64,000 bases of DNA from an uncultured Nitrososphaeraceae archaeon (GTDB lineage Archaea > Thermoproteota > Nitrososphaeria > Nitrososphaerales > Nitrososphaeraceae), in the NCBI GenBank assembly GCA_963779615.1, contig CAVZZA010000001.1:576001-640000 (forward strand). The letters run 5' to 3'. Each line of letters opens with the position of its first letter. The first letter of the stretch is position 1. The notes below the pieces were generated by a model that saw only the letters and a list, made by a program, of their open reading frames with translations, was not told where the DNA came from and ran no database searches. Both the position numbers and the translations under genes were made by a program. This document shows positions 20,167-30,757 of this stretch, piece after piece.

Positions 20167-22557
20167 TTAGTTTTTGGTGTCATCAATAATATTGTGCATT
20201 GCTGCTAAATCCCGACTAAACGGCTCTAACTCACGCGGTATTCTCATTTTTATTGGGTCTTTTAATGAAAGTGGTTTGTTTGTAATGGCTGATATCGTTT
20301 CTTTTTTCCTGTTCCAAATTTCTGAATTAAATTGAATTATTTTTTGGGTGAACTGGGTCATTTCTTGATGTTTATTAGTTGTTTTGGGAAACCTTTTTTG
20401 ATTGATGATGTCATTGTTCTGATAAATTTTTGTCCACAGCTCATACGTGATAAATGGGCAAATTGGTTCAAACAGCAGTAGAATGTTTTTAAAACATTTG
20501 TGAATTGCATATAGTGCTGATTTTCTTTCTTCATCTTTGATTTCGCTATATACTCTTGATTTTACAAGTTCAATATAATGGGCTGCAAAGATGTTCCATG
20601 TAAACTCTCTTATTGTGTTTGATGGGATAAAAAAGTTCAACTCGCTGTATCCCTCGATACATTTTTTGGAAATATTGTCTAGCTCTGCTAATATCCACTC
20701 ATCTGTTGAATTGAGTTTTTCTGGCTTTTTATCCTCCCCTATTATTTCAAAATTGGAAATAAACCTTCCAATATTCCATAACTTTGATAAAAATTTTTGC
20801 GAATTCATAATTTTTTGCTCAGAACATCTGAAATCATATCCCAAATTAGCTTCACTTGCTGACCAAAGCCTGAATGTATCGGCCCCATATTTTTGTATTA
20901 TTGGCAGGGGATCAATTACATTTCCCTTGCTCTTGCTCATCTTTTCACCTTTGTCATCAACTCCATATCCCATAATCCAAGCACTTTTCCATGGTAACTT
21001 TTCTGTAAGGTATATGCATCTGAGCAACGTATAGTATAACCACGTTCTTATGATGTCTTTTCCTTGAGGCCTGATGGCTGTAGGGTATGTTTTTTCATGG
21101 AATTCATCGTTTTTGTTATATTTGGTAATGTATAGTGGGGTTATGCTGGAATCCATCCATGTATCAAATATCCTCTCTTCCCCTTCAAATTCATTCCCAT
21201 CATCATTACAATTCTGACATTTATCAAAAGGGGGTTTTTCCTCCCATGGCCTGTAGTATCTTCCGGGTTCGGGGACATTTGGATATTTGCATTTTTTGCA
21301 ATACCAGACTGGGATCTCTGTCCCGTAAAACCTTCTCCTTGAAATCGGCCAGTCAATTGTAATTGAATTTATCCAATTTATGAGAATCTGTCTATGCGTC
21401 TCTGGATGAAATTTGATATTGGTTGAATATTCCAATAACTTGGGTTTAAAATCTATTTGTTTTAAATAATAGTCTTCTAATGATATTATTTCTATTGGAG
21501 TTCTGCTTCTTTCACAAATAGGCGTCCTGTGAAATATTGTTTCGATTTCATTTACTAATCCCTGAGCCTTTAGTTCTTCGGTGATTTTGTTTCTAGCTTC
21601 TTTTGTGGAAAGGTTCGAAAACTGCTTGGCGTGTTCTGTTGTCTTTCCATTAGAATTGATAGATTTTATTTCTTTCAGGCCAAGTTCTCTAAATAATTGC
21701 ACATCATTAAGATCACCAAAGCTGCATACCATTACTGCTCCAGAACCAAAATTGGGATCCACAGATTTATGAGCAATTATTTTTACCTCTCTGTTAAAAA
21801 TTGGTATCCTTAGGTTATCCCCTTGTTTTTCTTTATATCTTTCGTCTTCAGGGTTTACAATTACTGCTTGACAAGCAAAAAGCAGTTCGGGTCTTGTGGT
21901 CGCTATTATGATAAAATCTGAACTGTCATTTAGGAAAAACTTGATATAAACCAATTTTGTTTCAATGTCTACATAGGTAATTTCTGCATCAGCTATAGTT
22001 GTACCGCAATCAATACAATAATTGTTGGGTCGATCTCCCAAATATATCAGATTCTTTTTCCACATTTTGATGAATGTTGACTGTGTTAGTGTCCTGTATT
22101 CGATTGAATCTGTATGATATTTTTCTTTGAAATTGGCACTGATTCCAAGGCTCTTTAAGATACCTACAAATTCAATCTCCGTTTCATCCAGAGTGCTCTC
22201 GCAAAGTTTCAAGAACTCTTTTCTATTCATGTTTCTCATCCTTATTTTGTATTTTTTTTCCGTGTAGATCTCTACAGGTATTCCATTTCTGTCTATTCCT
22301 ATGGGAAAAATGACCTTGAACCCGTTAGATCTTACTGCTCGTGCTATCATGTCGATTTGAGAATAATGTGCTGCTGCCCCAATATGCCATGGCTTTCCAG
22401 AAGGATAGGGAGGTGGTGTATCTATAACGAAGAAATCATTAATTTCTGTGAGGTTATCATCATCCTTACCTTCATAAACATTATCTTTATCCCACTGATC
22501 CAAGATTCTTTTCTCAATCTCAGAAGACCATGCCTTTTCTGTAACCTTAATGTTCAA
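20167..22557 (-). CDS. valS: Valyl-tRNA synthetase
   Basis: IDTPPPYPSG, HIGA, ATTRPE, DWPISRRR, FDTWMDSS, KMSKS. Confidence 0.96.
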   Translation of the reverse strand: MNIKVTEKAWSSEIEKRILDQWDKDNVYEGKDDDNLTEINDFFVIDTPPPYPSGKPWHIGAAAHYSQIDMIARAVRSNGFKVIFPIGIDRNGIPVEIYTEKKYKIRMRNMNRKEFLKLCESTLDETEIEFVGILKSLGISANFKEKYHTDSIEYRTLTQSTFIKMWKKNLIYLGDRPNNYCIDCGTTIADAEITYVDIETKLVYIKFFLNDSSDFIIIATTRPELLFACQAVIVNPEDERYKEKQGDNLRIPIFNREVKIIAHKSVDPNFGSGAVMVCSFGDLNDVQLFRELGLKEIKSINSNGKTTEHAKQFSNLSTKEARNKITEELKAQGLVNEIETIFHRTPICERSRTPIEIISLEDYYLKQIDFKPKLLEYSTNIKFHPETHRQILINWINSITIDWPISRRRFYGTEIPVWYCKKCKYPNVPEPGRYYRPWEEKPPFDKCQNCNDDGNEFEGEERIFDTWMDSSITPLYITKYNKNDEFHEKTYPTAIRPQGKDIIRTWLYYTLLRCIYLTEKLPWKSAWIMGYGVDDKGEKMSKSKGNVIDPLPIIQKYGADTFRLWSASEANLGYDFRCSEQKIMNSQKFLSKLWNIGRFISNFEIIGEDKKPEKLNSTDEWILAELDNISKKCIEGYSELNFFIPSNTIREFTWNIFAAHYIELVKSRVYSEIKDEERKSALYAIHKCFKNILLLFEPICPFITYELWTKIYQNNDIINQKRFPKTTNKHQEMTQFTQKIIQFNSEIWNRKKETISAITNKPLSLKDPIKMRIPRELEPFSRDLAAMHNIIDDTKN

Positions 22558-22590
22558 TGTTCGATTTTAATGTCCTTTTTTAATTAGTTA

Positions 22591-23391
22591 TTAATCTTCC
22601 TTTGTTTTTTTGATGTTTGATAAAATATGGGCCCCTTTGCTAACTCCTTCATAAATATACACTCCTAGTGCTTGGATATTAGCAGGCATTGTATTTGAGA
22701 GCATTTTTATTATTTCTGTAGACAGGTTTTCCACAGTTGCTTCTCCCTCAAGTAAGAATGTGGTATTTTTGGGCACTTTTAGGTCAAAATAGCCCTTAGG
22801 TCCATCAAATTCAATAAAAAAATGACCATCTTCCTCTTTCTTTAGGTATTTTCGATTAATGAAAAATTTGTGATCGATTTGCTTTAGTGCTTCCTTAATT
22901 ATTTTTTTTGCTTCCGAAAAATCAATAACTAAATTATTCTTCATTTCTCCTATTATTTCTATCATTACGGTTGATGTGTGCCCATGAATGATAGAGCATT
23001 TTTCCACCATTGGTAGAATGTGGGCATAATCAAATGACAGGGATGGGTCTTCTATAAAAATTGAGCCTATTTGTTTATTCTGTTTGTCAAAGAAAAATAT
23101 GCTCTCTAACTCATCAATTTTTCCCATAAAGGATGATTTTCCTATAGCAACCAAATCAATAAATGGGAATTTTTCATTAATGCTTTTGAATTCTATTAAA
23201 TCATCATCGTTTTCTATTATTTTAATATATTTATTCCCTATCTTGAAATCCACATTCAAGCTAGAGTTGACTATTGGAGCATTATGTTGGTAATTTAACT
23301 CTAAAAAATCAAATAATTTTGATAAGGAGTATCCTGTTCTATTTTTAATAAAGCTTTTTTTATCACTGATATACCTTAAATCTTTATCCAC
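22591..23391 (-). CDS. QueD/PTPS-family protein with an extra N-terminal domain
   Basis: C-terminal FDYAH..CSIIHGH..IDF..DH..TVENL T-fold motifs. Confidence 0.85.
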   Translation of the reverse strand: MDKDLRYISDKKSFIKNRTGYSLSKLFDFLELNYQHNAPIVNSSLNVDFKIGNKYIKIIENDDDLIEFKSINEKFPFIDLVAIGKSSFMGKIDELESIFFFDKQNKQIGSIFIEDPSLSFDYAHILPMVEKCSIIHGHTSTVMIEIIGEMKNNLVIDFSEAKKIIKEALKQIDHKFFINRKYLKKEEDGHFFIEFDGPKGYFDLKVPKNTTFLLEGEATVENLSTEIIKMLSNTMPANIQALGVYIYEGVSKGAHILSNIKKTKED

Positions 23392-23465
23392 CTCTTAAAT
23401 AATATATTTGATCTCTATTAAATTATTACAAATATATTTTGAACAATGCTTAAAAAAAAGGACAA

Positions 23466-24239
23466 ATGTCCTTACATGGAGAGCTGCGTGATATCCTATA
23501 TTTGACTGTTAATTCTGCAATTAAAAATTATGATAAGGTTGCTATAGCTTTTTCAGGGGGGGTGGATAGCACATTGTTGGCCAAAATTTGTAAAGACTTG
23601 AAAAAACAAATATGTTTAGTAACTATTGGCTTTCCGCATTCGCATGATCTGTCATTTTCTAAAACCATTTCCCACCTTCTTTCCGATTCTCAAAACCACT
23701 TTGTATATGAATTAAATGATGTGGATTTTGCTCAAAGTGTAGAATATGTCAGGTCTACAATATCTTGCAATTGCCTTTCGCATATAGAAAACTGCATAGC
23801 TTTTTTTCACTTGAGCAAAATTGTTAAAGATAATAATTTGGGGAGTTTTTTTTTGACAGCTAATGGTTTAGATGAGTTATTTTGTGGATATGACAAATAC
23901 AGATTTTATTTTGACAGTGGATGCAGCTCGATATCTGAATTCATGGAAGAAAAACTAACTAATGAATTTCACCTAATGAAAGAGGTTTCAAGCGTGATTA
24001 TGGAAAGCGGGGTAAAATCTGTCCAACCCTTCCTGACTAATAGCTTTATTGATTACGCAAAAGCAATCCCACTAGGATATAAAATCAAAGGTCCTGACGA
24101 TTTTTTAAGAAAGCACATTATACGGGAAATTGCCCTAAATATTGGAGTGCCAAAAGAGTCTGCTATGTACCCAAAGAAAGCATTGCAATATGGATCATTA
24201 ATTCACAAAAAACTTGTTGGAAAAAAACCTACAGTGTGA
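23466..24239 (+). CDS. Asparagine synthase C-terminal-like PP-loop protein
   Basis: AFSGGVDS, GLDELFCGY, QPFL, KKALQYGS. Confidence 0.85.
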   Translation: MSLHGELRDILYLTVNSAIKNYDKVAIAFSGGVDSTLLAKICKDLKKQICLVTIGFPHSHDLSFSKTISHLLSDSQNHFVYELNDVDFAQSVEYVRSTISCNCLSHIENCIAFFHLSKIVKDNNLGSFFLTANGLDELFCGYDKYRFYFDSGCSSISEFMEEKLTNEFHLMKEVSSVIMESGVKSVQPFLTNSFIDYAKAIPLGYKIKGPDDFLRKHIIREIALNIGVPKESAMYPKKALQYGSLIHKKLVGKKPTV

Positions 24240-24826
24240 TTAGTGTATTCGTCCATCCAAACTCTATGCATAACATGATAGCATGGAGGGTGCTATCTTT
24301 ATTGTGGATATTGGAAAAGGGCATAAATAAAAAACAAAAGTATTTTGCATAATGTTTTGTATTACATCCTAATGAATAAGCGATATTAGCTTAGAAATCA
24401 CCTCAATCCAAAGGGATCCTGTAAAGTTGACATTTTTCCTATCTTGAGACGTAATCGGAAAGTTTAAGCAAACAACGGTTGTTTTCTTCCATTTTGGTTC
24501 ATAAAGCAACAATCCATCGTATTTATTTGGAGAGGCCCGCCTAAACAATTAAGGATTGTATCAAAAACATCTTTACGGCAACTAATAAAGCATTATTTGC
24601 ATTTTATTGTAAAACACCATTTTATTGTTGGAAATGAAATTATCAATGTATCTAAAGAAGAAGAATAAGTATGGTAATATATGCAATATTCAATTTATAA
24701 ATGATGATTATAATTGTTAAGTTCCTGCGAAAGATAATCTTACTGTAGAGGGCATGATTATTGATTATATGCCTTTCTCAACACATTTCTAGAAAAATCG
24801 ACATATGTGAGGTGTACTAAAAATAT

Positions 24827-24841
24827 TACCATAATATGGTA
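24827..24841. promoter_or_regulatory. Perfect palindrome TACCATA-A-TATGGTA upstream of the nirK TATA box (TTATATAA at 24879-24886)
   Basis: Palindrome read directly; operator function is inferred. Confidence 0.45.
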
Positions 24842-24909
24842 TATGAATTTTGTAAAGTATTGTTATACAATGAAAAGATTATATAATATCTACTAGTTAA
24901 GTACTATTA

Positions 24910-26022
24910 ATGAAGAGTACATTAGCAATTATCGCTATATCTGCTGTTCTATTGTCTGGGTTGGTTTTATTACCCGGTGTCAATATGAACGCATATTCAC
25001 AAGCACAACCAGTACAACAAGCACAACCAGCCGGCAAAACTGTTAATCTTGTTTATGTATCTGTCGAAAAAAATTTCACTTTACCTGATGGCCAGCAAGT
25101 TAAGGCATTGACATGGAATGGTACAATTCCAGGACCAACAGTTCGTTTGACCCAGGGCGATACTGTACATGTTACAATCCAGAATCCAACCAATAATACA
25201 TTAATTCACAGTTATGATAGCCATGCTTCAACCATAAGTGCAGTTCCTAACTTTGGCCCAATCAACCCTGGAGCATCAAAGAACTTTACATTTATAGCTA
25301 CTCAACCAGGTGTCTATAAAGTTCATTGTGAAGGCAATGGTGTTTTAGGTATGGATCAACATGTATTTTCAGGAATGGTGGCAACTATGCTTGTTGACCC
25401 CAGAAATGGTTATACTGACTACACCACTGTAAGTGGCCTTAATGGATCCGATGTGTCTGTATCTCCTAAAGCAAAAGAAGTTTTGTTCCAATTTTCAGAG
25501 TATTACCTTGACAAAGACGGCAACTATGATGCAAAAGCTATGTTTGCACACAATAGCACATCTGCTTGGATAAATGGTATACCTTTTGGTTATGATCCAG
25601 TTATTACCAAAACCAAAAATGCAACACCATTGTTCTTTGACCAAGGCGACCATGTAAGGTTCTTCTTATTGAATCACGGAGATTGGCCAATTAACTTCCA
25701 TATGGTTGGTGAATCTTTAGATAGGGTAACCGATGGTAGTGTTGTAAATGGAATTGGCAAACAAACCTATACAGTAGGCGGTTCTAATGATGCTATTGTT
25801 GATATAGTATTTGACCAACCGGGAGTTTACGCCTTTGTAAACCATGACTATGCACAATTGTTTAAAGGTCAAGCAGGTTTGGTTGTTGTTGACGGTCCAG
25901 ACCACGCTATAAGCAAATCATTAAACATTACCGACCTTAGCAACCCATCCAATGCAATCCCCCCACTAGGTGCAGATAGCATTCCAGTAAAAACCAAACC
26001 CTATGGGCTTGGAACTTCCTAA
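24910..26022 (+). CDS. nirK: Copper-containing nitrite reductase, AOA type
   Basis: HSYDSH (with catalytic Asp), HCEG...MDQHVFSGM type-1 ligands, NFHMVGE, VNHD; signal peptide. Confidence 0.88.
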   Translation: MKSTLAIIAISAVLLSGLVLLPGVNMNAYSQAQPVQQAQPAGKTVNLVYVSVEKNFTLPDGQQVKALTWNGTIPGPTVRLTQGDTVHVTIQNPTNNTLIHSYDSHASTISAVPNFGPINPGASKNFTFIATQPGVYKVHCEGNGVLGMDQHVFSGMVATMLVDPRNGYTDYTTVSGLNGSDVSVSPKAKEVLFQFSEYYLDKDGNYDAKAMFAHNSTSAWINGIPFGYDPVITKTKNATPLFFDQGDHVRFFLLNHGDWPINFHMVGESLDRVTDGSVVNGIGKQTYTVGGSNDAIVDIVFDQPGVYAFVNHDYAQLFKGQAGLVVVDGPDHAISKSLNITDLSNPSNAIPPLGADSIPVKTKPYGLGTS

Positions 26023-26128
26023 TTTTTTATTTTTTTAGTATATTCGAAAATTATATCTACACATAATCATAATCTTATTAACTTTCTTAAAAAAAAATAA
26101 TTGTAAAATTAAAATAAAAAATAGTGGT

Positions 26129-26479
26129 TTATCTCATCAACTGAATCAATATTTTTTCTAAATTGTTTAATTTCAGCATAACGTCTATGCTTGTTGTGTC
26201 TTTGCCCGCCAATACTTGATAAATATCAAAAATATTTGTCAAACCTTCTTTAATGATTGTATTTTTGTCAACTGGAGGACTTGGTTGAACTGGAGGACTT
26301 GGTTGAACTGGAGGACTTGGTTGAACTGGAGCATCTTGCGCTTTTGGGGCAGTGGTGGTTGGGGGTGATGTAACAATGGGATCTAATTGCGCGGCCGCAG
26401 TCTGACCGATTGTGTGTTGTAAACTCCCGACTGTGAAAACAACCACCAAAAATATTGCCATTTTGACTAAATTATTCAT
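26129..26479 (-). CDS. Small secreted protein with (PVQPSP)x3 linker
   Basis: Signal peptide; 18-bp tandem repeat at about 26270-26330. Confidence 0.7.
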   Translation of the reverse strand: MNNLVKMAIFLVVVFTVGSLQHTIGQTAAAQLDPIVTSPPTTTAPKAQDAPVQPSPPVQPSPPVQPSPPVDKNTIIKEGLTNIFDIYQVLAGKDTTSIDVMLKLNNLEKILIQLMR

Positions 26480-27801
26480 ATAGTTGGTATTTTTTTCTTG
26501 TTATAAAAGTAATCCTTTAATTAGTATTATAATAATTATAATTAGAAATCCTACATATAATTAAATAATGCCACTGTTAAATGACTTTTTTGTACTTTTA
26601 TGTGTTGTTGATCGTCATGAAAAATCTTGTTAATAATTTATTGTTATTCACTGCTTTGTTGCCATGGGAAACCATGTCCAAGTTTTTTTCCTTATAGGTT
26701 ATGCAGGTCCGTTTTTTACTCGGGCGAAAATCCTTCATTAGTCCTGTTGGCTCTACAAACCTCCTGCCTCCTCTGTTGCCAATTATATAGTAACATGATT
26801 ATTATGTTAAGTTCTTCCACAAGTGTTAGATTATTTGTGTTATTTTCACCAGAACATGCGATACAATTCTTCTGGGAGATACTCCTCAATCATTGCTTTT
26901 TAAAGATTGCAATTATTTTAGTAAGGTATTTTAATTGTATTTTCATCAATGATGTTGGACATATTCAGCAAAGCCTTCATTGTTGCTATTTCTATTAAAC
27001 TGTCATTCTTACAAGCATTTCTATCGTTTTTGCACAGTTTGCATATCTTATCAAATATTGGATTGTAACCATCATTTTATCTCCTCTTTAATGTGTATTT
27101 TGGCTTTACCTTTTTTTATAACCTCGTCTATATCTGAGCATGCAATATGTGTAAATGGATTTACCTTCATTAGTGACCCGTTAATCCCATGTTTTCCAGT
27201 AATGGGTGAAAAAAATCTATTGGATTGACTCCTCTGCGCTTTGTTTCTATCCTAACACAATTACCTTTTAATTCTGTTATTTGACAATCACCAAAGATTG
27301 ATTAAAGTCCTGTTATTCATTGTAGCACTAACATTCTTAGCGATAGTCATTTTTGTTTTTTTCATCCATATGAAAACTCAGTAGAAATAACCATCAAGAT
27401 AATGCAAAATATGGTGCTTGTTGTACCTATTAATGAAATGAAACCATATAATGCAGTTATGATATTTCTATTTGCCAATGTGCTTATCTGTACACACAAT
27501 GCATATTCTTGTGATAAAATATGCTGTATTTTTGTATAAAATAACATTTTTAGCACTCAACCATTACTGTGTCACGTTTTACAACAATGGGATGATTTAT
27601 AGTATCAATTTACTCTATCTTTCTAGGTTATGTATGGCATTCTTATTTATTGCTTTTAATGGTAAATATACGATAAACAAGATAAATATATTATCAAAAA
27701 AATAGAATTTTATGATAATAATATTTTTTTTTATATTTTGATGTAAATTTTTAAGTATAAAAAGAAAAACTTTATTATCTAGCAAAAACCTTCTGTGACC
27801 G

Positions 27802-29034
27802 TTGGCAATCGATACTGGTGATACAACATGGATGCTTGTCGCAACCGGGCTTGTCTTTATGATGACACCTGCTTTAGGTTTTTTTGAGGCGGGAATGCTC
27901 AGGCTAAAAAATTCTTTATCTGTAATAATGCAAACATTGACTGGAATGGCAATGTTATCTGTTTTGTGGTTCGTCGTCGGGTTTACTCTAGTATTTGCAC
28001 CTGACGTTAGTGGCATTATAGGCGATCTCTCATGGTTTTTCTATGATAACGTACCGTTTAGTGATTCGGTTAAATGGGCCCCAACAATCCCTGGAGTTAC
28101 CTTTGCTACATATCAGATGATGTTTGCCGTGATCACACCATTACTAATAACAGGTGCTTTTGCTGAACGCATGCGATGGAGTGCTTTTTTTGTATTTATA
28201 ATCGTATGGAGTTTGGTAATTTACTATCCTCTCGCTCATTGGGTGTGGGGAGGTGGTTGGCTAGCGCAAATAGGCGTCTTTGATTTTGCAGGAGGTATTG
28301 TTATACATACCAGTGCAGGATTGGCATCACTAGCCGCGGCACTAGTGTTGGGGCGGCGTAAAAATTATGGTCCCCAAATAATGGTGCCACATAACATTCC
28401 ACTAGCTGCAATTGGTGGATCCCTCTTATGGCTTGGGTGGTTTGGGTTTAATGCAGGAAGCGCTTTGGCATCGGGTGCTCTTGCTGCTAATGCATTTGTG
28501 GTAACTCAAATAGGCGCTTCTACCTGTGCCCTTGTGTGGGTGTTCCTTAGCTGGAAAAGAAATGGAAAGCCCACAATTAGTGCTATGATAAACGGTGCTA
28601 TTTCGGGCTTAGCCGGTGTTACACCAGCTGCAGGATTTATTAGTGGTCAACATGGGTTTATTTTGGGTATTGTTTTAGGGTTTGCATCATACTACGGTAT
28701 TGTTTTATTGAAAGAGAGGTTAAAGATTGATGATGCTTTAGACGTAAGCTCTGTTCACGGCATTACTGGTATAGTGGGATCCTTGTCTATAGGTATATTT
28801 GCAAGCCAAACTATCAACCCTGCAGGCCCTGTCGGTTGGTTATATAGTGGCAGTCCAATGCAGTTAATCATTCAAGGTGTTGGTGTTGGTGTTGCTGCAC
28901 TTATGGGATTTGTTGGAACTTTTATAATATTGAAAATAATTGACTATGTTATAGGATTGAGGGTAAATGAGAATGAAGAAGATTTGGGGCTTGATGTAAC
29001 ACAACATGCAGAGACAGCATATGGTGATAGATAA
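27802..29034 (+). CDS. amt: Ammonium transporter
   Basis: DTGDTTW, YQMMFAVIT, DFAGGIVIH, WFGFNAGS, DDALDVSSVHG twin-His, GLD..QH; TTG start. Confidence 0.97.
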   Translation: MAIDTGDTTWMLVATGLVFMMTPALGFFEAGMLRLKNSLSVIMQTLTGMAMLSVLWFVVGFTLVFAPDVSGIIGDLSWFFYDNVPFSDSVKWAPTIPGVTFATYQMMFAVITPLLITGAFAERMRWSAFFVFIIVWSLVIYYPLAHWVWGGGWLAQIGVFDFAGGIVIHTSAGLASLAAALVLGRRKNYGPQIMVPHNIPLAAIGGSLLWLGWFGFNAGSALASGALAANAFVVTQIGASTCALVWVFLSWKRNGKPTISAMINGAISGLAGVTPAAGFISGQHGFILGIVLGFASYYGIVLLKERLKIDDALDVSSVHGITGIVGSLSIGIFASQTINPAGPVGWLYSGSPMQLIIQGVGVGVAALMGFVGTFIILKIIDYVIGLRVNENEEDLGLDVTQHAETAYGDR

Positions 29035-29169
29035 TCATCTTATTTATTGTTAAAGATATTTTTTTCCTAAAAAATCTTATTTTTTTTTACTATTATGAAA
29101 ATATACTTTAATGTTATCATAAAATATTAACATAATTGTTTTTATATTATTGTATTAAGATTTTATTTA

Positions 29170-29694
29170 ATGTTCATGAATTTATCAAGGAATTATAAGA
29201 ACTTGATTTTGATTTCAGCGACAATAGTTGTTAGTTCTGCCTTTTTTTTTGGAGCTAGCATATTGAGCAGCACATATGCACAATCTTTAGATAAGATTAC
29301 TATCACTTTAAATTCAATCGATTTTGCTCCATTGACAGACAAAACAAAAAACCAGGTTAAAACTGTTGTTCACTATGAGACTAATGATCCCACATTGGTG
29401 AATGCCAAGATTAACGGGGCTATGGAAGTATATGCACCAAACGGAACCAAGGTGAAAACGTCTACCGCGGGAGGTGGCTTTATTTTGGCCGGTCCGTCCA
29501 ATAATATTCAGTTTGCTTCTACGTTTACAGATCCGGCTTTGACAAGTGTGAAAGTCGATGTAGTTTTGACGGATGCGAATAAAACTCTGGACTTGTCAAA
29601 CCATGTTACTGGGGATGCTGCTTTAAACGCAACTGGTGACCTAGCAGCAACCGGTGGGGAAACACTAGATACCACCACCCCACCCGCTCAATAG
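29170..29694 (+). CDS. Secreted hypothetical protein (beta-rich)
   Basis: Signal peptide ending TYAQ. Confidence 0.75.
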   Translation: MFMNLSRNYKNLILISATIVVSSAFFFGASILSSTYAQSLDKITITLNSIDFAPLTDKTKNQVKTVVHYETNDPTLVNAKINGAMEVYAPNGTKVKTSTAGGGFILAGPSNNIQFASTFTDPALTSVKVDVVLTDANKTLDLSNHVTGDAALNATGDLAATGGETLDTTTPPAQ

Positions 29695-29989
29695 TCCTTC
29701 ATTATTTTTCTTTTTTGTTTTTTTATAGTTTTGTCTGAGTAAATGAAGTTGTATGTTATCCTCAGGTATGATCTTGTTCTGTTTGTTTTGTTAAAAGCCT
29801 TGTAGTTGATTTCCCCATCTTTGTTATTGAGGCAATAATTTTTACCTTGATTGTTTCTAGTTTAACGCGTTGATATACTTTTTAAACATGTGACATAATA
29901 ATATGATTTTTTCCCTAATATTGTTATCTTTTATAAATATATGATAAATTAATAAAGTAGTTATATTTGTTAATTTTATACTTTCTTGT

Positions 29990-30643
29990 TTGATTAATTT
30001 CCATGACATTTCTTCCTTTTACAGTGATTCAGGTTATATTGGTATATTGGTAATTAGCTTCATTGGTAGTATTATTGTATTTATTCCCGTACCTTATTTT
30101 CCTATTCTGATATCTTCCGCATTAAATAAAGATTTTGATCCACACCTAATTGCCCTATCCAGTGCTTTGGGAGCGGTATTGGCTAAAATTATTATATTTA
30201 TAGCAAGTTATTACGGCCGGAACATCCTAAGTACTAAAACTAAAACAAAAATGCAGCCTCTTCAAAAACTTTTGTCTAAATATGGTGGCATAGGCGCTTT
30301 TCTTGCGGCCTTGACTCCCATACCTGATGACCTGGTCTACATCCCTTTAGGACTTGCCAAATACAGCGCAAAAAAATTTGCTATTGCTACCTTCCTTGGA
30401 AAGTTTATTTTGGGTGAGGTGATTGTGTGGGGAACTGTTTTTTTAGGCAGACCTATAATGGAAGAGGTTCTCTCTGTTTCTGATGGTAGTAATCAGTTCT
30501 CTACAATTGTTGTCACTGTGTTAACAGTTGCGTTTCTAATACTGGTGTTATTTTTTACCTTTAAGGTTGATTGGGGTAAAATAATTGGTAGGTGGTTCCC
30601 TTGGGCATTGAACGAAGATTCTGATGAAAAGTCTAAAAAATAA
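29990..30643 (+). CDS. DedA/VTT (SNARE-associated) membrane protein
   Basis: FIPVPY, SYYGR, AALTPIPDD, FLGK. Confidence 0.88.
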   Translation: MINFHDISSFYSDSGYIGILVISFIGSIIVFIPVPYFPILISSALNKDFDPHLIALSSALGAVLAKIIIFIASYYGRNILSTKTKTKMQPLQKLLSKYGGIGAFLAALTPIPDDLVYIPLGLAKYSAKKFAIATFLGKFILGEVIVWGTVFLGRPIMEEVLSVSDGSNQFSTIVVTVLTVAFLILVLFFTFKVDWGKIIGRWFPWALNEDSDEKSKK

Positions 30644-30757
30644 TTTTGTCTGTAATGTCATTCATTCATTCTAATACAATATAGCATATCTTTCTTCAAT
30701 TATTCTATTTTTTAATGTTTAATAACAAAATAGTATCAAACATGATATCGTTTAAAA

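Noticed and set aside
26600-27560. Several short ORFs between nirK and amt; faint USP-like IIGNRGG on the minus strand
   Set aside because: Cys/Leu-rich shadow ORFs; any relic is too degraded to name
24910-29034. nirK-amt as a novel nitrogen operon
   Set aside because: Separated by 1.8 kb including an opposite-strand gene and a T-rich terminator; both are standard AOA genes
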